From IMG/VR virus record IMGVR_UViG_3300035701_000002: a stretch of 11,397 bases of DNA; one strand, given 5' to 3'. The first letter of the stretch is position 1; each line of letters begins with the position of its first letter. The notes under the pieces were generated by a model that had not been told where the DNA came from, did no database searches, and saw only the letters and a program-made list of their open reading frames with translations. Source of the DNA: a virus. Positions 6,326 through 11,397 of this stretch are shown one piece after another. The position numbers and the translations under genes are program-made.

Positions 6326-6528
6326 AGGAGGACCTGGCGACGAGGACGGCCCTTCTTCCGCCGGAGAAGAGGGACGAGATCCGCAACTCCCTCAGGACCG
6401 AGATGTCCTCGATGAGGGTGAAAAACCTTCGGAACACCATCTCGAAGCTCCTTCCGAAGCTCAGCAAGATGGGCCTCAGCGGGGGCGAGATCCTGTCGGA
6501 GGCCGAGAAGTTCCTGTCTCGGTCATGA
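6322..6528 (+). CDS. Small hypothetical protein, about 68 aa (VKEDLATRTALLPPEKRDEIRNSL...), translationally coupled to the ThyX-like gene
   Basis: The GTG at 6322-6324 overlaps the ThyX-like TGA (GTGA). The product is a Lys/Leu-rich helical-looking sequence with coding-like GC3. It corresponds to the last 69 codons of the otherwise spurious track ORF 5017..6528. Confidence 0.4.
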   Translation: MKEDLATRTALLPPEKRDEIRNSLRTEMSSMRVKNLRNTISKLLPKLSKMGLSGGEILSEAEKFLSRS

Positions 6529-6870
6529 CGGGGACTTCGGGTACATAACGTCAATCTGCCACGGGACGGTTTCGCGCTCATGGAGGACGGGCGGTGCGAA
6601 GATCTTCACGATCTCGTATATGACGTTCCCTGAGTCCTCGTCCAGGGTCGGCACCTCCGCGAGCGTGAGGCACGGGCCGGACGCCGACGCCGACCGGGAA
6701 TCTTCGGACAAGATTCCGGGGTCCACGGGGGTCCTCCCATATCCGCCGACGAGAGAGCATAGAGCTTTCTTATTGACGGAGTAAAGGAGAGGACTAGATC
6801 CCTTTCTAGGACAAGAAGAAGCAACCCGGCATTTCGTACACTCCATCTGAAGGTATCTGACTTGACCCAT
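6523..6870 (-). CDS. Hypothetical protein, up to 115 aa; the true start may be further downstream
   Basis: It is the only candidate ORF in 6529-6920. The C-terminal two-thirds has high GC3. The first roughly 45 codons (which carry a CxxC...C motif) have atypically low GC3 and lie in a lower-GC island, so an internal GTG or TTG start is plausible. Confidence 0.35.
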   Translation of the reverse strand: MGQVRYLQMECTKCRVASSCPRKGSSPLLYSVNKKALCSLVGGYGRTPVDPGILSEDSRSASASGPCLTLAEVPTLDEDSGNVIYEIVKIFAPPVLHERETVPWQIDVMYPKSPS

Positions 6871-6920
6871 GATGGACGCTACCGAGATGGACCGGGCGTT
6901 GACGTATAGACGGAAGGAAC

Positions 6921-7823
6921 ATGTCCCTTAAGAACGCGGCCGAAACTGAGACCATGAGAGATACGGGCAAAGGGCTTCCGGAGAAGGGGTTCTTCGAGCT
7001 CGACCTCATGTCAAGCAAGATCATGTGGATGAACGAGTTCTCCCTGACGAAGGTAGGGATGAACCTCGAGCAAGCACAGTCCATGACCGTCTACGACGTG
7101 GTCCCGGAGGAGTTCCACGACTCTCTGAGCAGCTTCATCTCCGACGCTTCGAGCGGGAGGACGTCCAAGTTCTACATCTGGCCGTTCCGATCCTCGGACA
7201 TGAGCGTCACGTGGTGGTACTTCGCCCGGTTCAAGTCGGACCACCCGACCCACTGGTTCAAGGCCGAGTTCCTGAACAAGACCGGGAAGTCGGGCCCAGA
7301 GTATTCGTCCATGCTGGCGGCCATGAACACGGCGAACAGCTACAACGACCTGTACAACAAGCTCTCGGACTTCCAGCTGTTCACCAAGTCGAACATCGAC
7401 TCCATCAACGAGAAGGTCCAGGAGCTGAAGGATGAGCAGGCCGTCTTGAAGGAGCAGATCGTGGGGGCGACGTCGGCGGCTAACAGGGCGGCGAACGCGG
7501 CCATCGACGTCTCGTCCGCCATGAGGAACTTCAAGACGGACGTCCAGGAGCAGTTCTCGAAACAGACGGTGGAGATCCTGCGCCTAATCAGCACGGACGC
7601 CGTCCACGACCAGCGGCTCGTGGCGTTCGAGAAGCACATACAGAAGACGACGGACAACGCGGTCCGCGTCATAACGGTCCAGGCGGACAAGGCAGGACAG
7701 ATCATCACGACGCAGGCGGACAAGGCCGGAAAGAGCCTGTCGAGGAAGGTCACGATCCCGATAGGCGCAATCGCGGCGGTAATGACGATCTTGCAGTGGA
7801 TCATCACGCACTGGCCCAAGTGA
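6921..7823 (+). CDS. PAS-like N-terminal domain, central coiled-coil and C-terminal transmembrane anchor protein, 300 aa
   Basis: A GGAAGGA Shine-Dalgarno-like motif lies 4 nt upstream of the ATG. The PAS-like segment is GFFELDL...YIWPFRSSDMSVTWWYFARF. The middle of the protein is rich in heptad-like Q/E/K/A residues. An imperfect tandem peptide repeat TVQADKAGQII/TTQADKAGKSL is present (the 14-nt direct repeat caggcggacaaggc occurs twice, within 7680-7730). The C-terminal hydrophobic helix is IPIGAIAAVMTILQWIITHW. Confidence 0.6.
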   Translation: MSLKNAAETETMRDTGKGLPEKGFFELDLMSSKIMWMNEFSLTKVGMNLEQAQSMTVYDVVPEEFHDSLSSFISDASSGRTSKFYIWPFRSSDMSVTWWYFARFKSDHPTHWFKAEFLNKTGKSGPEYSSMLAAMNTANSYNDLYNKLSDFQLFTKSNIDSINEKVQELKDEQAVLKEQIVGATSAANRAANAAIDVSSAMRNFKTDVQEQFSKQTVEILRLISTDAVHDQRLVAFEKHIQKTTDNAVRVITVQADKAGQIITTQADKAGKSLSRKVTIPIGAIAAVMTILQWIITHWPK

Positions 7824-7848
7824 CGCTCGAGGTCAGTAAAGTTCGCGA

Positions 7849-8322
7849 ATGGGCTCAAGCGACCCGCCTGACGGCGAAATCAGCATAGAGATACCGCTCC
7901 CTCCGGGGACGGCCTCCTCGGGGCCGCCGGGAGGGAAGGATCACGGGCGCCTGAAGGCCTGGACGAACTTCATCGCCACCGCCGCAGCCCTGCTGGTCGC
8001 AGCAGCGGCGATACTGAAGCCACAGGACCACTCGACGGCCAGAGCCTCGTACGACGAGCTCAAGAAGGCTGTGGACGAGAACTCGCAGAACGACCGAAGG
8101 AACCACGAGGACCTCGTGGCCCTCAGGAACTACATGGACGGCTACCTGAAGGGGGCGGGGGCTGCGACGTCGCTCCCGTCGTCCATGCCGGTACCGTCGA
8201 CGTCCGGCTCAGCCAGGGCTATCCCCCCAGCTCCGGTCGCCACCATGCCTCCCCTCCCGGTACTCCATCCGGAGCCGAAGCCCCACAACCTTCCAGACTT
8301 CGACGCGGTGATGAAGAAATGA
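7849..8322 (+). CDS. Single-pass membrane protein with a Pro-rich C-terminal tail, 157 aa
   Basis: It is in the ORF track. The TM segment is WTNFIATAAALLVAAAAIL. The C-terminal region is Pro/Ser/Ala-rich. Its TGA overlaps the ATG of the downstream peptidase (ATGA). Confidence 0.55.
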   Translation: MGSSDPPDGEISIEIPLPPGTASSGPPGGKDHGRLKAWTNFIATAAALLVAAAAILKPQDHSTARASYDELKKAVDENSQNDRRNHEDLVALRNYMDGYLKGAGAATSLPSSMPVPSTSGSARAIPPAPVATMPPLPVLHPEPKPHNLPDFDAVMKK

Positions 8323-9260
8323 ACCTTCAAGGACTGACCGTCAACGGATACAGGGAAGCTCCGCAGGCCCTCTCGGACACCCACCCGAAGTTCGGGCTCG
8401 TCAGGGACGCGATGAGGGGGAGCGTCGACACGTACTACGAGGGCCAGTCCTCAGACCTGCGCGGCCTTTCCCCGAAGCGGCACAACCAGCTTCGCTCGAG
8501 CTCGTGCGTGGCCCAGTCGGTCGTGAGGGCGGCGGAGGTCAAGAGGATCCACAAGCTCTTCCTCACAGCGCAGGGGAGGGGGCTGGACATAGCGGCCGCC
8601 CTAGCCGAGGCTCAGGCCGGGCACGTCGCGCTCTCGAGGCTCGCCCTGTACTACCTGGCGAGGGAGATCATGGACCCCCCGGAGACGAGCCTGGACGAGG
8701 GGACGTACGTCTCGATGGCGGCCGAAGCCCTGAAGTCCTTCGGGGTCTGCAGGGAGGAAAAAAGCGCCACGAACCCGGCGGACCGAGCGTTCTGGCCGTT
8801 CGACCTGGGGACAGTCCCGGCTTCCGGCCGGGAGAGGATCTTCGAGTCCCCGACGTGGGCTGTCATGAGGGAAGCCTACCTCCACAAGATTCACGCCTGG
8901 TACAGGCTCGAGACCACCGGCGACGACCGCGTGAGGGACGTAATCCTCGCGCTTGCGGCGGGCAACCCCGTCGTCTACGGGACTCAGGTCGACGGGCAGT
9001 GGCAGACGTACGACGGTTCCGTCCCGCTCGGGACTCTGAAGAGCCGCGTCCTCGGAGGGCACGCGACCGTGCTCGAGGGATGGGAGCCGGGGAGGCAGCT
9101 CTTCCTCGGAGAGAACTCGTGGGGCGAGGACTGGGGCCTGACGGGGCCCGACGGGACCGGAGGGTTCTATGAGATCACTCCGGAGAAGATCGCCAGCAGC
9201 GAGTCGAACGACTTCGTGGTGATCGAGGGCGGCTGGGAACCGTGGAGGAAGGCGGCATGA
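8319..9260 (+). CDS. Papain-like (C1 family) cysteine peptidase, 313 aa, with no signal peptide
   Basis: The motif Q-x5-C in HNQLRSSSCVAQS matches the papain Gln19/Cys25 spacing. GGHATVLEGWE is like the papain His motif. GENSWGEDWGLTG...GFYEI matches the C1 hallmark NSWGxxWGxxGY. The first roughly 60 residues could be a prodomain. Confidence 0.75.
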   Translation: MNLQGLTVNGYREAPQALSDTHPKFGLVRDAMRGSVDTYYEGQSSDLRGLSPKRHNQLRSSSCVAQSVVRAAEVKRIHKLFLTAQGRGLDIAAALAEAQAGHVALSRLALYYLAREIMDPPETSLDEGTYVSMAAEALKSFGVCREEKSATNPADRAFWPFDLGTVPASGRERIFESPTWAVMREAYLHKIHAWYRLETTGDDRVRDVILALAAGNPVVYGTQVDGQWQTYDGSVPLGTLKSRVLGGHATVLEGWEPGRQLFLGENSWGEDWGLTGPDGTGGFYEITPEKIASSESNDFVVIEGGWEPWRKAA

Positions 9261-9571
9261 GGTCTCTGAGAAGTTTTTTTGCCGTCCTGTTGGTCGGCGT
9301 CGCGATCTCATCCGGATGTGGGCCGAAGAAGCCGGTCGTGCACGTCCCGACGGACACGGCGGACTGCCCGTCGGCATGCAAGCACCTCCGCGGGGAGGAC
9401 GGCTCAGGACTGAGCTGCGACGAGGGCAAGCCCCTCCCGGACGGGACCACATGCGAGAAGTTCTGTGCGGACACCCAGAACTCCGGACACGCTCTGGTTC
9501 CGAGCTGCGTGATGAAGGTCACACAGTGCTCGGACATGGACCACGTGGAAGACTTCTGCCCGAAGAAGTGA
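9257..9571 (+). CDS. Small Cys-rich secreted lipoprotein, about 104 aa (9 Cys; mature part about 85 aa with 8 Cys)
   Basis: The ATG at 9257 overlaps the peptidase TGA (ATGA). A GGAGGAAGG Shine-Dalgarno motif lies 4-12 nt upstream. The signal peptide MRSLRSFFAVLLVGVAISSG-C carries a lipobox-like SSGC. The Cys count suggests four disulfides. The track ORF 9242..9571 is the same frame with two extra N-terminal codons. Confidence 0.6.
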   Translation: MRSLRSFFAVLLVGVAISSGCGPKKPVVHVPTDTADCPSACKHLRGEDGSGLSCDEGKPLPDGTTCEKFCADTQNSGHALVPSCVMKVTQCSDMDHVEDFCPKK

Positions 9572-9581
9572 GACGGGCCTG

Positions 9582-9806
9582 ATGTTGGAGGACGTCCGGT
9601 GCGGCCTCCACAGCGGGATACCTGCGTGCTGCATAGCGTGGTACCTGGGCCCATGGAGGCTCGTGGGGTACGGAAGAGCTCCGCGCATCAGGCGGACGTA
9701 CTTCGAGCTGCTCGACGGCTTCGGGCACATCGCATGCCCCCTGTGCTTTCTGAAGGGCAGGGTTGTCGAAGTCAGAGAGTGCGATTGCCATTCCGCCGGG
9801 CTGTAA
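9582..9806 (+). CDS. Small Cys-rich (zinc-ribbon-like) protein, 74 aa
   Basis: It is in the ORF track. The Cys pattern is C-x8-CC ... CxxC ... CxC (8 Cys and 3 His in 74 aa). It ends with TAA 8 nt before the next gene. Confidence 0.4.
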   Translation: MLEDVRCGLHSGIPACCIAWYLGPWRLVGYGRAPRIRRTYFELLDGFGHIACPLCFLKGRVVEVRECDCHSAGL

Positions 9807-9814
9807 GCTCGAGG

Positions 9815-10429
9815 ATGGAACAGACAGACCTGATAGCGCTCATCGACCTGGACGGGACCGTGGCGGACTACGACTCCGCACTGATTGAGTCCATGAGGGC
9901 CATCCAGTCGCCGGACGAAACCCCGTACAAGAACCGGTACGAGGACGGCGGCGCAAGGGAGGAGATACCTCACGTTGAGGCCCGAAGGAGGCTCATCCAG
10001 AGGCAGCCTGGCTTTTGGAGGAACCTGAAGCCGCTGCCGGCAGGGTTCGAGGTGGTGGACGAGCTCAGGTCTCTCGGATTCTCGCTGCACGTCCTGACGA
10101 AGGGACCCGTCTCCACGCCCGTGGCGTGGAGCGAGAAGGTCGAATGGTGCCAGCGCCATCTCGAGGACGCCGTAGTGACGGTCACCGGCGACAAGAGCCT
10201 GGTGTACGGGCGTATACTCGTGGACGACTTCCCGCCGTACTTCACGAAGTGGCTGACCGTGAGGCCGCGCGGGCTCGTGGTGTGCATTGCCCACCCGTGG
10301 AACGCGGGGTATGCGAAGGGCGAGAAGCAGGAGCACCCGAACGTGCTCAGGTACGACGGGACGAACCGGGATGAGCTCAGGGCCAGGGTGCAGCGCGCGT
10401 ACGAGAGGACCGCGGGCGGGGGATTGTAG
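9815..10429 (+). CDS. HAD-superfamily 5'(3')-deoxyribonucleotidase-like hydrolase, about 204 aa
   Basis: The N-terminal LIDLDGTVADYD is HAD motif I (DxDGT), as in NT5C-type nucleotidases (DMDGVLADF). The second acidic motif is near the C-terminus (GRILVDDFP). The true start is the internal ATG at 9815 within the track ORF 9599..10429. GC3 is high. Confidence 0.7.
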   Translation: MEQTDLIALIDLDGTVADYDSALIESMRAIQSPDETPYKNRYEDGGAREEIPHVEARRRLIQRQPGFWRNLKPLPAGFEVVDELRSLGFSLHVLTKGPVSTPVAWSEKVEWCQRHLEDAVVTVTGDKSLVYGRILVDDFPPYFTKWLTVRPRGLVVCIAHPWNAGYAKGEKQEHPNVLRYDGTNRDELRARVQRAYERTAGGGL

Positions 10430-10441
10430 ACCTGAGCTGCA

Positions 10442-10470
10442 AACGTTAGGCTTTCCTTGAGCCTTTCGTT
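10442..10470 (+). terminator. Candidate weak intrinsic terminator or stem-loop after the HAD gene
   Basis: The imperfect inverted repeat aacgttaggct-ttccttg-agcctttcgtt has 9 of 11 positions pairing and is followed by a T-rich tttcgttcg. It lies 13 nt after the HAD stop. The structure is marginal. Confidence 0.25.
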
Positions 10471-10472
10471 CG

Positions 10473-10628
10473 ATGCAGAACGAGTCCATCACGGTAGTCG
10501 TTCCGGCTCCTGCTTTCGTCACGTCGGACGTAACGGCCAAGCCGCACCAGACAATCCTGTGCGACTCGTCCTCCGGGACCCCGTTCAACATAACGTTGCC
10601 GAACGCGGCAGTGTGGCAGGGGGCGTAG
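10473..10628 (+). CDS. 51-codon ORF (MQNESITVVVPAPAFVTSDVTAKPHQTILCDSSSGTPFNITLPNAAVWQGA) ending at an in-frame TAG, in the same frame as the downstream fiber-like gene
   Basis: It is not in the ORF track because it is short. GC3 is very high. The Thr/Val/Ser/Ala/Pro-rich composition matches the downstream repeat protein. It could be the N-terminus of that protein interrupted by TAG, or a separate small gene. Confidence 0.4.
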   Translation: MQNESITVVVPAPAFVTSDVTAKPHQTILCDSSSGTPFNITLPNAAVWQGA

Positions 10629-10643
10629 GTCGTAGTCAAGGTA

Positions 10644-11397
10644 GTGGCTAGCGGTGCGAACCTGACAGTCCTGGCCCAAGGTGGGACGGTCGAGGGAGCG
10701 GCGAGCTTTATCATTCGTATCCAGAGTCAGCTGTGCTCCTACACGTTCCAGAGCGACGGAGTGTCGAACTGGGACCTGACGCAGAAAATAGCCCCTGTCA
10801 AGAGCGGGACGCAGAACTACTCGGTCATTGTCGGCGGAGAGAGTGGAAACACCGCCACAAACGTCAGCTCGGTGGTCGTCGGAGGCTTCAACAACACATC
10901 CAGTGGGTCGAGCTCCGGGACTCTGTGCTCACAGGGGTCGACGGCCAGCGGGACGAGGAGCGTGACTCTTGGGGGGAACGCATGCACGGCGTCAGGGACG
11001 GATGGAGTGTGCATCGGGGGTTCCGGGACGCTCGCGTCAGCCTCAAACACGCTCGCCACCGGCGGAGGGCATGCGACAGCTCAGGACGCCCTCGCCATAG
11101 GACGGGGCACCGTCGCATCCGCACTCTTCTCACTAGCCATCGGAAGGGACGCTCAGGCCACCGTCCAAAGTCAGACGGCCATAGGGGTCGGGACAGACCA
11201 ATACGGAGATCCGAACGCCCGTAACTGGCTTGTCCAGTCGGGAGAGTCCGTCGGAGGGGCGTCGGGGGACATGGACTTCGACTTCGCCGTAAACGGAAAG
11301 ACATACGCCCTGTGCATAACCGTATTGGGGAGCCGGCAGGACGCGCAAGGGTGCAACGTGCGAACGTTCACCGGCTTGATCCACGGTTCCGGCGGAT
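10644..11397 (+). CDS. Gly/Ser/Thr/Ala-rich repeat protein (phage tail fiber / adhesin-head-like), 3'-partial, running off the right edge
   Basis: The frame is open from 10629 to the window end with no stop. The first start-like codon is GTG at 10644. The product has repeats such as SVIVGGESGNTATNVSSVVVGGFNNTSSG..., VTLGGNACTASGTDGVCIGGSGTLASASNTLATGGGHATAQDALAIGRGTVAS and LAIGRDAQATVQSQTAIGVGT. These are reminiscent of fiber or trimeric-adhesin head repeats. The edge-truncated ORF is not in the ORF track. Confidence 0.55.
   Translation, partial: MASGANLTVLAQGGTVEGAASFIIRIQSQLCSYTFQSDGVSNWDLTQKIAPVKSGTQNYSVIVGGESGNTATNVSSVVVGGFNNTSSGSSSGTLCSQGSTASGTRSVTLGGNACTASGTDGVCIGGSGTLASASNTLATGGGHATAQDALAIGRGTVASALFSLAIGRDAQATVQSQTAIGVGTDQYGDPNARNWLVQSGESVGGASGDMDFDFAVNGKTYALCITVLGSRQDAQGCNVRTFTGLIHGSGG

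Noticed and set aside
5017-6528. 503-aa plus-strand ORF in an alternative frame across the ThyX-like gene
   Set aside because: The translation is Arg/Gly-rich and low-complexity. Only its last 69 codons, after the ThyX-like stop, look like a real coupled small gene, and that is annotated separately as 6322..6528.
7675-7740. 14-nt direct repeat caggcggacaaggc occurring twice, within about 7680-7730, inside the PAS-protein gene
   Set aside because: It simply encodes a duplicated QADKAG peptide within a coiled-coil region. It is not a CRISPR or an att-like repeat.
8504-9452. Plus-strand 222-aa ORF (8504..9172) and minus-strand 283-aa ORF (8601..9452) over the peptidase gene
   Set aside because: They are shadow ORFs. 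The 8319..9260 frame carries the C1 peptidase motifs.
10626-10628. Global TAG reassignment (alternative genetic code) as the explanation for the in-frame TAG
   Set aside because: TAG is the terminator of several well-supported genes in the window (1602..2336, 4156..4416, 9815..10429). No other supported gene contains in-frame TAG.
9404-10714. 436-aa minus-strand ORF
   Set aside because: It is antisense to the HAD gene, which has a clear DxDGT motif and high GC3. Its 5' part also overlaps the better-supported plus-strand fiber-like frame.
1-11397. CRISPR array, rRNA, or IS/transposase signatures
   Set aside because: The window has no regularly spaced direct repeats and no rRNA-like conserved stretches. 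No ORF shows transposase (DDE) or integrase motifs.

Overview
This is a GC-rich (about 60-65% by eye), densely packed window with strong third-codon-position G/C bias in the genes I accept. Translation signals are prokaryotic: Shine-Dalgarno-like GGAGG motifs, GTG and TTG starts, and many 4-nt ATGA/GTGA stop-start overlaps. I support about 19 coding regions. The content looks like a phage, prophage or other accessory module rather than core chromosome. It holds a secreted lytic-transglycosylase-like protein (truncated at the left edge), a five-gene operon (1602-4416), a divergent 192-aa gene, and an unusual roughly 444-aa thymidylate-synthase-like protein. The five-gene operon is built around a divergent adenylosuccinate-synthetase-family (PurA/PurZ-like) ligase and an OGFr-N-domain protein, and four of its genes are chained by 4-nt overlaps. 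The 444-aa protein is made of two ThyX-like halves with complementary loss of the catalytic motifs. Further right come a PAS/coiled-coil/TM protein, a membrane protein, a cytoplasmic papain-like (C1) cysteine peptidase coupled to a Cys-rich lipoprotein, a small Cys-rich zinc-ribbon-like protein, a HAD 5'(3')-deoxyribonucleotidase-like hydrolase, and a Gly/Ser/Thr/Ala-rich repeat (fiber/adhesin-like) protein that runs off the right edge. That last gene is preceded in the same frame by a 51-codon ORF ending in a TAG. I see no rRNA, tRNA or CRISPR. The many long ORFs on the opposite strand or in alternative frames are typical high-GC shadow ORFs and I reject them. The most interesting candidate system is the nucleotide-metabolism set (PurA/PurZ-like ligase, OGFr_N protein, tandem ThyX-like protein, HAD nucleotidase), which could be a phage DNA-precursor or base-modification pathway. 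All domain assignments come from motif recognition by eye, not database searches.
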